DNA of 64,000 nucleotides. It comes from Candidatus Woesearchaeota archaeon (GTDB taxonomy: Archaea; Nanobdellota; Nanobdellia; Woesearchaeales; JAGVYF01). The position numbers and the translations under genes are program-made. Below the pieces are notes generated by a model, which was not told the DNA's origin, ran no database searches, and saw nothing but the letters and a program-made list of their open reading frames with translations. Positions 56,598 through 64,000 of this stretch are shown in pieces. How positions within the stretch are numbered: position 1 is the first letter of the stretch; each line of letters starts with the position of its first letter. The stretch is from NCBI GenBank assembly GCA_041650315.1, contig JBAZLJ010000001.1, positions 280,259 through 344,258 of the forward strand, in the 5' to 3' direction.

Positions 56598-57464
56598 TTG
56601 TTTTTTTCAGCAAACTTTATAAACGGAGTTTTTTCCTTTAGATTCATGCAAAAACTCAGCGTCAGAGATTTTGATTTGGGCTTGACATTAGAGTCTGGCC
56701 AGTTCTTCAGATACAAGAAGTTCGCAGGAATGTATTACGTTAATTCGGCGGACAAAGTATTTGTCGTAGGGCAGAACGAAGGTAAATTGATTTATGACGG
56801 CGTTGATAAAAAATTCATTTCCAATTTCTTCGGTCTCAATGATGATTATTCTGGAATAGTTAAAGCAATATCTAAAGATTCTGTAATGAAGAAGCTTACT
56901 GCTAAGTATCCTGGACTTCGTTTGATACGTCAGGATCCATGGGAGTGCATGATGTCATACGTCTGTTCGTCCGCTTCTAATATTCCAAAGATTCAGAAGA
57001 ACGTCAATCTTCTTTCACAATCATTCGGTTCACCTGTGCGCGTCGCTGGTTATGCGTCGCATTCATTCCCAGAAGTGGGCGATATTGACCATTTGCCGAC
57101 TATTAAGGAATGCAAGACTGGCTTTAGGGCTAACTATATTTATGAATTGAATAAAATGATAACTCCTACTCAAGTCGCACATCTGCAGAACATGGATTAC
57201 GGCGAGGCTGTTAATGTATTGACGCAATTGCCGGGCATCGGTCCGAAAGTCGCAGATTGCATCGCATTATTCTCACTCGGTCATACAAACGCATTCCCTG
57301 TGGACACGCATATCCGTCAAGTGATGAGACATTGTTATCCTCAGCTGAAGAATGTGGCTGATTCTGAAATTAAATCTTTTGCGCAAGATCATTTCGATCC
57401 TTACGCGGGCTATGCTGAATTGTTCTTGTTTGAGTATGGGCGGAAAGAGCTTAATAAGAACTGA
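56598..57464 (+). CDS. ogg: N-glycosylase/DNA lyase, Ogg-type HhH-GPD (8-oxoguanine DNA glycosylase)
   Basis: LPGIGPKVADCIALFSLGH..FPVDTH has the HhH, catalytic Lys and Asp. 288 aa. Confidence 0.75.
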   Translation: MFFSANFINGVFSFRFMQKLSVRDFDLGLTLESGQFFRYKKFAGMYYVNSADKVFVVGQNEGKLIYDGVDKKFISNFFGLNDDYSGIVKAISKDSVMKKLTAKYPGLRLIRQDPWECMMSYVCSSASNIPKIQKNVNLLSQSFGSPVRVAGYASHSFPEVGDIDHLPTIKECKTGFRANYIYELNKMITPTQVAHLQNMDYGEAVNVLTQLPGIGPKVADCIALFSLGHTNAFPVDTHIRQVMRHCYPQLKNVADSEIKSFAQDHFDPYAGYAELFLFEYGRKELNKN

Positions 57465-57466
57465 TT

Positions 57467-57676
57467 CTATTCATTCTTATCATTAATTACAAATACGACT
57501 ACATTCTTCCCGATATATCTTTTTAGGAAAGGTATTACTGCGCCATTTCCACTTTTCTTGACTGATAATGATTCTCCTTTAGCATCAGTTGTGAACATTC
57601 CTAGTGCATGGTCTATCCTAATCTTGCTGCTCATCAAAACATCTAGATTGTATCCTTGAGTTATTTTTTCTTTCAT
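57467..57676 (-). CDS. Small AbrB/MazE-like (swapped-hairpin) domain protein
   Basis: LSVKKSGNGAVIPFLKRYIGKNVVVFVIND resembles the SpoVT/AbrB core. Low certainty. Confidence 0.3.
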   Translation of the reverse strand: MKEKITQGYNLDVLMSSKIRIDHALGMFTTDAKGESLSVKKSGNGAVIPFLKRYIGKNVVVFVINDKNE

Positions 57677-57695
57677 TTTAACCTCCTTTTATGAT

Positions 57696-57989
57696 TTATC
57701 TCATCTTAAAGTCGACATCGTATTCCACTTCATACAATATTTCTTTCTGAACAAGCTTGATCTTCAACTCATCCATGCAGTCGAATAAGTCTTTGAATAC
57801 TAAATTCAGGACCATAATCACTGCTTCAATAGATTCCTCAACTTGTCCTTCATAATAGCCTGTCTTTTTGGAAAGAGTGAAACCCTTCCAGTATTTCTTA
57901 AGTACATCGACAATCTTTTGCTTGTATTCGTCATCTATAACTTTAGTCTTATTGTCTGCGCCTATGTAGAGTCTTATCTTTATCCCCAT
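57696..57989 (-). CDS. Hypothetical protein
   Basis: 97 aa. No motif recognised. Confidence 0.3.
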   Translation of the reverse strand: MGIKIRLYIGADNKTKVIDDEYKQKIVDVLKKYWKGFTLSKKTGYYEGQVEESIEAVIMVLNLVFKDLFDCMDELKIKLVQKEILYEVEYDVDFKMR

Positions 57990-58090
57990 TAAATCACCCC
58001 TTAGTGTTAATGGGAATTTTTACTTATTTATATGTATATACATAGTCTAGACATTAGAATATATAAAGATTATGTTTTGAATGAATATTA

Positions 58091-58714
58091 TTAGAATTCA
58101 ATACCACGTCGTGCATACACACCGTCGTTATATGGGTGCTTCTCTTCGTTCATTACTGTGACTAAATCGGCTGCATCTTTGAGCTGTTGTGGGGCGTTTC
58201 TGCCGGTGAGTATTAGTTCGGTGTTCTCGGGCTTGGTTTGGATTAGTTCAAGCACGTCGTCCAAGGGGATTAATCCTTTTGCTACGCAGTTGTTGATTTC
58301 GTCGAGGAATATAAGATTGTAATCGCCGGATTTGATGATTTCTTTCGCTTTAGAAAACGCGGTTCTGACGAACTCTTTTTCTTCAACGTCTGATGTGAAA
58401 CAGGATCTGCAATCACCGCAGTCTTCTTCAGTACGCACATGGAATCTGTGGAGATACGGCTCATTGAATTCCTTGAGTTTGATCTGCACTTTCTCTTTCA
58501 GGCAAGGCTTTCCGTGCTGTTCTATGTGTATCAAGTCGTTCATGTAGTTCTGGATAGCTACGAACTCGCCAGTGTAATGTCCGCCTTTCAAGAACTGGAT
58601 TATCTTCACTTTCAGGTTCTGGCCCGCTGCTCTAAGCGCCATGCCGAAAGCTGTTGTAGACTTGCCTTTACCATTGCCTGTGTAAATGTGGACCAGACCT
58701 AGATTCTTTGGCAT
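58091..58714 (-). CDS. cobA: Cob(I)yrinic acid a,c-diamide / cob(I)alamin adenosyltransferase (CobA/BtuR/CobO family) with a Cys-rich insert
   Basis: IYTGNGKGKSTTAFGMALRAAG...IIQFLKG...GE...FLDE...ILTGR matches BtuR block by block. Insert C...CGDCRSC lies between blocks. Confidence 0.8.
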   Translation of the reverse strand: MPKNLGLVHIYTGNGKGKSTTAFGMALRAAGQNLKVKIIQFLKGGHYTGEFVAIQNYMNDLIHIEQHGKPCLKEKVQIKLKEFNEPYLHRFHVRTEEDCGDCRSCFTSDVEEKEFVRTAFSKAKEIIKSGDYNLIFLDEINNCVAKGLIPLDDVLELIQTKPENTELILTGRNAPQQLKDAADLVTVMNEEKHPYNDGVYARRGIEF

Positions 58715-58721
58715 TATCTCC

Positions 58722-60860
58722 TCATGCTATCGAACATTTCGAATATCCGCAGCTTGGACATGTCGAACATCCTTCTGAAAAGTACAATTTGGATTTGCAA
58801 TTCGGACAGAGATCGTCTTTCTTCTGGAGTTTTGTCGTGTCCAGATTGATCACTTGCTCAGATCTGCTTCTGTCACGATAAATAGTTACTCCTTTGCAAC
58901 CGAGCTTGTATGCCATTAGATAAGTGTTCTCGACATCTTTAGTAGTAGCATCGGATCTGAAATTGACTGTCTTCGATACTGCATTGTCAGTATATTTCTG
59001 GAATGCGGCCTGTATCTTGATGTGCCATTCTGGGTCTATATCATGCGCAACGACAAACACTTTTTTCACATCATCTGGTACTTCAGGCATATGATGCACT
59101 GTGCCTGACAAAGCAATCTTCTCCATCAAGTCTGTAGAATAGAATCCTTTATGCTTAGCAGCTCTTTCAAAATATTTGTTGACATAGACCAATTTCTGAG
59201 TATCCATGACATGTTTCGCGAAAGATAATGCGAATAAAGGTTCGATGCCATTTGAAGCATCTGCGATCATGCCGATTGTGCCTGTTGGAGCGATTGTTGT
59301 TCGTGTCGCGTTCCTCATCTTACTGCTTTTGTAGACGCTTCTTGCGATGTTCGGGAACGAGCCTCTTTTCTCAGCAAGTTCGATAGATGCTTTATCAGCT
59401 TCTTCTTTAATGAATTTCATTACTTTTTCGGCAGTTTTCATGCCTTCTTCTGAATTGTATGGGATATTGAGCTCAAGCAGCATATCTGCGAAACCCATTA
59501 TGCCAAGGCCAATCTTCCTGTTGCCTTTTGTCATCTGCTCTATTTGCGGCAATGGATATTTGTTCATATCAATTACATTGTCCAGGAAATGCACGCCTAG
59601 ATGCACATATCTTTTCAGATTGTCGAAATCAATCTCGTCATTATGCACAAACTTAGCCAGATTTATGGACCCTAGATTGCATGATTCGAATGGAAGCAAT
59701 GGCTGTTCTCCGCAAGGGTTTGTGCTTTCAATCTCTCCGATTTCCGGAGTAGGATTGTCTCTGTTCATCCTGTCGATGAATACAATACCTGGTTCTCCAT
59801 TCTTCCAGGCGTTAGTTACAATCAGGTTGAATACATCTTTGGCTCTTAATCTTTCTACCACGTCTTTCGTCTTAGGATTGATGAGATCGTATTCTTTGTC
59901 TTGGATTACTGCCTGCATGAACACTTCAGTCAATGCAACTGAGATATTGAAATTGTTCAACGCGCCTTCTTTCTCTTTGCAGTTAATGAATTCAAGAATG
60001 TCTGGATGATCCACGCGAAGTATACCCATGTTAGCGCCACGCCTTTTGCCGCCTTGTTTTATTACTTCAGTGGCGATGTTATATACTTTCATGAATGATA
60101 TCGGGCCGGATGATACTCCATGCGTTGATTTAACCATATCGTTTTTTGGTCTGAGTCTTGTGAATGAGAATCCTGTGCCGCCGCCGGATTTGTGGATCAT
60201 GGCTGCGTATTTCACGCCGTCAAATATTTCTGAAATAGAATCGCCGACAGGAAGCACGAAGCATGCTGATAATTGCTGCAGTTCGTTGCCGGCATTCATC
60301 AGAGTAGGACTATTAGGCAAGAATTTCAAAGTGGACATCGCTTCATAGAATTCGTGGGCAGTCTTGCTCAGGTCTGCATCTTTGTTGTACAATTTATCAG
60401 CCTGCGCGATATTGTTCGCGACTCTCTCGAACATTAATCTTGGCGATTCGATAATCTTGCCATCTTCATCTTTTCTCAAATATCTTTCTACAAGCACTTT
60501 AAGGCTATTATATGATATATGCAATTCGTCTTCCATACCTAGGAGCTTGACTTTCGCTTCACGTTCTTCTTTTCTTTTTTGTCTATAAAGGATATATGCT
60601 TTCGCAGTCTTAGCATGGCCTTCTTCCATAAGCACTTTTTCCACTATATCTTGTATCTCTTCAACTTTTGGGATAGTATGGCCGTCAAATTTCTTTTCTA
60701 TCAGATCTGCAACGATTTCAGCCAATTGGTCTGCTCTTTTTCTGTCTTTTCCGCCGACAGATAATGCGGCTTTGAAAATAGCGTCCGCAATCTTTTGTTT
60801 ATTGAATTCAACTATAGAACCATTGCGTTTCTGGATTTTTTTAAGCGTGATGTTCGTCAT
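58722..60860 (-). CDS. nrdJ: Adenosylcobalamin-dependent (class II) ribonucleotide reductase with N-terminal ATP-cone and C-terminal Zn-ribbon
   Basis: ATP-cone KRNGSIVEFNKQKIADAI. Catalytic-core Cys/Asn/Glu blocks (SACFV, NPCGEQPL). C-terminal CPNCKSKL...CSTCPSCG. 712 aa. Confidence 0.85.
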   Translation of the reverse strand: MTNITLKKIQKRNGSIVEFNKQKIADAIFKAALSVGGKDRKRADQLAEIVADLIEKKFDGHTIPKVEEIQDIVEKVLMEEGHAKTAKAYILYRQKRKEEREAKVKLLGMEDELHISYNSLKVLVERYLRKDEDGKIIESPRLMFERVANNIAQADKLYNKDADLSKTAHEFYEAMSTLKFLPNSPTLMNAGNELQQLSACFVLPVGDSISEIFDGVKYAAMIHKSGGGTGFSFTRLRPKNDMVKSTHGVSSGPISFMKVYNIATEVIKQGGKRRGANMGILRVDHPDILEFINCKEKEGALNNFNISVALTEVFMQAVIQDKEYDLINPKTKDVVERLRAKDVFNLIVTNAWKNGEPGIVFIDRMNRDNPTPEIGEIESTNPCGEQPLLPFESCNLGSINLAKFVHNDEIDFDNLKRYVHLGVHFLDNVIDMNKYPLPQIEQMTKGNRKIGLGIMGFADMLLELNIPYNSEEGMKTAEKVMKFIKEEADKASIELAEKRGSFPNIARSVYKSSKMRNATRTTIAPTGTIGMIADASNGIEPLFALSFAKHVMDTQKLVYVNKYFERAAKHKGFYSTDLMEKIALSGTVHHMPEVPDDVKKVFVVAHDIDPEWHIKIQAAFQKYTDNAVSKTVNFRSDATTKDVENTYLMAYKLGCKGVTIYRDRSRSEQVINLDTTKLQKKDDLCPNCKSKLYFSEGCSTCPSCGYSKCSIA

Positions 60861-60963
60861 TTATATCAACCCCCCAAAATTAGATATCTGATTGGAATTT
60901 CTTTTATTTATTAACCTTTTGAATTTCACTGAATAATGACAATAAATATAGAAAGAGAAATAT

Positions 60964-61170
60964 CTATTCTTTGATGATGTCGATGCAGTTAACTGGGCAG
61001 ACTTCTTTAGCTTCCTGATTCTTGCCGATATTGTCTAGCACGAGTTTTTTTGGTTTCGCTTTATACATTCCGCCTTCTTCTGCAAGCTCCCAATTCTCTG
61101 GACACTGGACTGTGCATGCTCCGCAACCAATGCACTCATCTTTTTTGAAAATGATTTTGTATTTAGTCAT
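60964..61170 (-). CDS. 4Fe-4S ferredoxin
   Basis: CIGCGACTVQCP ... C...CPVNC gives two cluster-binding Cys groups. 68 aa. Confidence 0.75.
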   Translation of the reverse strand: MTKYKIIFKKDECIGCGACTVQCPENWELAEEGGMYKAKPKKLVLDNIGKNQEAKEVCPVNCIDIIKE

Positions 61171-61490
61171 TCTTCTTCCTCATCTTCGCTGTCTTCAGAG
61201 TCTGAATCCTCATCGTATTCTTTTTTATCGGATTCATGCTCAATAAGTTCGTTTATCTCGTCAACCATCTCTTTGATCTCTTCGCCGTTCATACCATGAC
61301 CCATACAGCCTTGCTCTATTGTCTCTGTGTATGCGACATGGCAACCAATGCAGTGTAGTCCGTACTTGAGCATGACCATTGCTGCGCCGGGATGCTTTTC
61401 CAGCACTGCGCCGAAAGTCATTTCTTTTGTTACTGGCTTAGGTTTTTCTGGTTCTTTTGCAGATGGTTTCTTGTTCATAGGGTATAGCAA
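61167..61490 (-). CDS. DUF1858-like (hybrid-cluster-protein-associated redox disulfide) protein with an acidic tail
   Basis: MTFGAVLEKHPGAAMVMLKYGLHCIGCHVAYTETIEQG fits the DUF1858 pattern with CxxC. C-terminal DEDSDSEDSEDEEEE. Confidence 0.5.
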   Translation of the reverse strand: MLYPMNKKPSAKEPEKPKPVTKEMTFGAVLEKHPGAAMVMLKYGLHCIGCHVAYTETIEQGCMGHGMNGEEIKEMVDEINELIEHESDKKEYDEDSDSEDSEDEEEE

Positions 61491-61552
61491 GCTTACGTTT
61501 ATTTTTAAAGTTTATTGTTTTGCAGAGATTATTAAGTCTGGAAATGAATATA

Positions 61553-61668
61553 AAGTCTGCAAATGATAAATTTTCTACTTTCCAAGGCAATGACAGACAT
61601 TTCCCGTAGGGACAACCCCATTGTCTGTTCACTTCTTTAGTTATAAAATTTATAGTTGTTGCAGACTT
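61553..61668 (+). repeat. Diverged relative of the 'GCCATC element': termini AAGTCTGCAA / TTGCAGACTT, shared core TTCCCGTAGGGACAACCCCATTG
   Basis: The core matches TTCCCTCGGATAGGGGACAACCTCCCTTG of copy 1. Terminal inverted repeats differ. Ends 69 bp before the GT2 gene. Confidence 0.4.
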
Positions 61669-61737
61669 TTGATAATTATTTAGTATATAGAATATAATCT
61701 AGAAATCTTATTAAATGGATGTAGAAGCAGAAGTCAT

Positions 61738-62991
61738 ATGGATATGATAATGGCATTTTCGGTTATTCCTTTCTCAGTGTTATTTCTGTTCCTTTTGTTC
61801 GGTGCCATCACTGTTGTGATTTCCGCGTACAAGAAAGAAGAGTATCCTGATATCGAGCCGGAAGTGTCTGTCGTGATTCCCGCATATAATGAAGAGAAGA
61901 ATATACAGATGACTTTAGATTCTATCTTCAATCTTGATTATCCGCAGGAGAAGATCGAGCTTATCGTTGTTGATGATGGTTCGACTGACAAGACCGGCAT
62001 GATACTGCGTTCTTATGCGAAGCATCACAAGAATATGCAAGTTATCAAAGGCAAGCATGAAGGCAAGTCTGAATCATTGAATCTCGGTATAAATAAAGCG
62101 AAGAATGAAATTGTCATGACTCTTGATGCTGATACAATCATACGTAAGGATTCAATGCGCAAGATAATAAAGCCGTTCTCAAGAGATAATGTTGGTTCTA
62201 CAAACGGGACTTGCACAATCAAAAATCCAGGCACAATACTCAGCGTGTTCCAGAGGGTTGAATATCACAGCAATAATCTGATGCGTAAAGGTTTCTCTTC
62301 AGTTTTCAGCAACGGCATCTGGTTCTTCGGAGCTATGGCTTGCTATCGTAAAAGCATACTTGAGCGTATAGGATATTTCAAGAAAGATACGCAGGCTGAA
62401 GATTTCGATACTGCGCTTGAGATGTATTCACTCGGGTATAATACGATAAATGTGCCTGATGCTTATGGCAAGACGGTAGTGCCTGAAACTTTCAAAGAAT
62501 TGGCGAATCAAAGAAAAAGATGGTGGATTGGCGTGATACAAGCATTGAGCAAGCACAAGCACCTATTTCATTGGAAAGCAAATCCTTCTATATTATTCCT
62601 TTTCATAAATCATTACTGGTGGTCATTTTATGCAATCATTTCTTTGCCGTTGATTGCTTATCAAGTCTATTATTGGCTGCCATATAATACGGGCAGTTTC
62701 TATTCGGTATTCATGTACTTATTCAGATGGTTCTCAATGGTGGGTCCTGTCTATGTGATCTATATGATTCCGCAATGGGGAATTTCAGCGTTCAGTATAT
62801 TCGGAGTGATATCTGGATTGATATCTTCCGGATTAATGGTATACGCGATATATTTCTTCGGGGATAGATTGAGGATTAGGAATTTGTTCGCGATATTCTT
62901 CTATTTTCCATACACGATAATTTTAAATACTATCATAATCATAAGTGTCCTAAGAATTATGAAGGTAAATAAAAGGTATTTTATAGATTAG
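61738..62991 (+). CDS. Family 2 glycosyltransferase, processive synthase type (QxxRW), with C-terminal TM helices
   Basis: VVIPAYNEE, VVDDGSTD, TLDADT, QRKRWWIG. Two or three N-terminal and four or more C-terminal TM helices. Confidence 0.75.
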   Translation: MDMIMAFSVIPFSVLFLFLLFGAITVVISAYKKEEYPDIEPEVSVVIPAYNEEKNIQMTLDSIFNLDYPQEKIELIVVDDGSTDKTGMILRSYAKHHKNMQVIKGKHEGKSESLNLGINKAKNEIVMTLDADTIIRKDSMRKIIKPFSRDNVGSTNGTCTIKNPGTILSVFQRVEYHSNNLMRKGFSSVFSNGIWFFGAMACYRKSILERIGYFKKDTQAEDFDTALEMYSLGYNTINVPDAYGKTVVPETFKELANQRKRWWIGVIQALSKHKHLFHWKANPSILFLFINHYWWSFYAIISLPLIAYQVYYWLPYNTGSFYSVFMYLFRWFSMVGPVYVIYMIPQWGISAFSIFGVISGLISSGLMVYAIYFFGDRLRIRNLFAIFFYFPYTIILNTIIIISVLRIMKVNKRYFID

Positions 62992-63009
62992 ATTGAGGTT
63001 TCATACACT

Positions 63010-64000
63010 ATGTCATTTTTAGATCCTATATTACAGATAATCGCAGCTAACCGCTGGTTCTTTGATCCGGTATATGCTTTTGCTGAACCTGTTTTTGCGA
63101 TTATCCTATACTTAGCTGTATTCCTGACGATTATTTATTTTTTTATGACTTTAGTTTCTATTTTTTTTAAGAAAGATAATGATGAATTGCCTTTTGATAT
63201 GAAACTTGCTCCTTTTGTGACTATTCAGATTCCAACTCGTAATGAGTTGATTGCTTTGCGTTGCGCAGAATGTTGCTTAGCTTTCGATTATCCTAAGGAT
63301 AAATACGAGATATTGATTGGAGATGATTCAAATCAGCCGGATGTTTCTTACCAATTGCAGGAATTTGCTAACTCTCATCAGGGAGTTAAAGTGTTCAAGC
63401 GAGAACAAAATGTTGGATTCAAGCCAGGCAATCTCAATAATCTGCTTCAACATACGAAAGGCGAGATAATTGTGATATTCGATTCGGATTATACGCCTGA
63501 ACCTGATTTTTTGAAAAGATTGATTGCGCCTTTTGTGAACGATCCAAAAGTATCCACTGTCCAAGCGAGATGGAATTTCAATAATTTCAGCCAGAATCTA
63601 GTTACAATCATGGCTTCAACCATCATTTATGTCTTTCATCATGTGAATCTTACTTTCCTTCATGCGTTTGATACGAGTTCTTTATGCGGTTCGGCTGAGG
63701 CTGTGAAGAAAAAAGATCTTGTCGAGCTAGGCGGATGGAAATCTGGATGCTTGACTGAGGATGTTGAATATTCTTTGCGTCTGCATAAAGCGAACAAGAA
63801 GATGGTGTATTTGCCAAATCTTGAATGTTATAGCGAAGTGCCTTATATCGCGAAAGATCTCTATAAGCAGCAGATGAGATGGGCCTACGGAGTTGTAGGC
63901 GCTTATATCTTTCATATACCTGGGATTTTATTCAACAAAGGCATTTCTTTTAAGCGTAAATTGCTGAGCATGTGCGCAGGTTTCGGTTACCTCTTTCCTA
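63010..64000 (+). CDS. Second family 2 processive glycosyltransferase (partial; runs off the window end). Not in the ORF track because no stop is reached.
   Basis: ATG at 63010 (MSFLDPILQ...). IQIPTRNE, DDSNQPD, DSDY, TEDVEYSLRLH, QQMRWAYG. Confidence 0.65.
   Translation, partial: MSFLDPILQIIAANRWFFDPVYAFAEPVFAIILYLAVFLTIIYFFMTLVSIFFKKDNDELPFDMKLAPFVTIQIPTRNELIALRCAECCLAFDYPKDKYEILIGDDSNQPDVSYQLQEFANSHQGVKVFKREQNVGFKPGNLNNLLQHTKGEIIVIFDSDYTPEPDFLKRLIAPFVNDPKVSTVQARWNFNNFSQNLVTIMASTIIYVFHHVNLTFLHAFDTSSLCGSAEAVKKKDLVELGGWKSGCLTEDVEYSLRLHKANKKMVYLPNLECYSEVPYIAKDLYKQQMRWAYGVVGAYIFHIPGILFNKGISFKRKLLSMCAGFGYLFP

Noticed and set aside
59347-60764. Plus-strand ORFs (220, 106, 74, 61 aa) antisense to nrdJ
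   Set aside because: Embedded in a high-confidence CDS. No motifs.
1-64000. CRISPR arrays or cas genes
   Set aside because: No regularly spaced direct repeats and no Cas-like ORFs were seen.

Overview
This 64 kb window is AT-rich archaeal chromosome, mostly gene-dense housekeeping DNA, with a few accessory and regulatory islands.

The archaeal assignment rests on transcription factor E (TFE), RNA polymerase subunit Rpo11/RpoL, a thermosome, Elp3, ribosomal protein L10e, SRP54, Nog1-like GTPase, an Lhr-core helicase, a geranylgeranyl-reductase-like flavoprotein, a class II (B12-dependent) ribonucleotide reductase and pilin-like genes. The lineage guess (small-genome, DPANN-like) is inference only. 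I found no rRNA, tRNA or CRISPR.

The most notable content, in order of interest:

- **Signal-transduction island (2750-9305).** Receiver domain, a KaiC-like protein lacking a P-loop, a sensor histidine kinase with an extra C-terminal winged-helix-like module, two polytopic membrane proteins (one with HAMP and two PAS domains but no output domain), and a hemerythrin.
- **Two families of short interspersed elements.** One is a MITE-like element of about 240 bp with 16-17 bp terminal inverted repeats (GGGCGTGTCCAGAATG) and a candidate TAAAAA target-site duplication. A ~56 bp double-hairpin module from it recurs at 9339-9397 with compensatory base changes. The other is a ~120 bp element with TTGCCATC/GATGGCAA termini and a conserved central hairpin, found four times, always 30-75 bp upstream of a + strand gene.
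- **TFE with a lysine/alanine-rich tail.** The extra ~75 residues resemble a histone H1 tail.
- **Calcium module.** A small RHH (CopG-like) protein overlaps the start of a P-type Ca2+-ATPase, followed by a Na+/Ca2+ exchanger and oligoendopeptidase F.
- **Toxin-antitoxin locus.** Two RHH proteins followed by a RelE/ParE toxin.
- **Duplicated GILT-like surface protein.** Membrane-anchored, with the catalytic cysteines replaced.
- **MinD/ParA ATPase with a coiled-coil partner.**
- **Two tandem paralogous coiled-coil proteins.** They share a C-terminal APRPME...KKK.S.F motif.
- **nrdJ-cobA operon.** The class II reductase carries an ATP-cone and a Zn-ribbon; the CobA/BtuR corrinoid adenosyltransferase carries a Cys-rich insert.
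- **Tandem MgtE-type membrane-domain-only genes.**
- **Tandem processive GT2 synthases (QxxRW).** The second runs off the window end.
- **Membrane-anchored winged-helix regulator** with an extracytoplasmic domain.

All functional calls are from motif and family recognition by eye. No searches were run.
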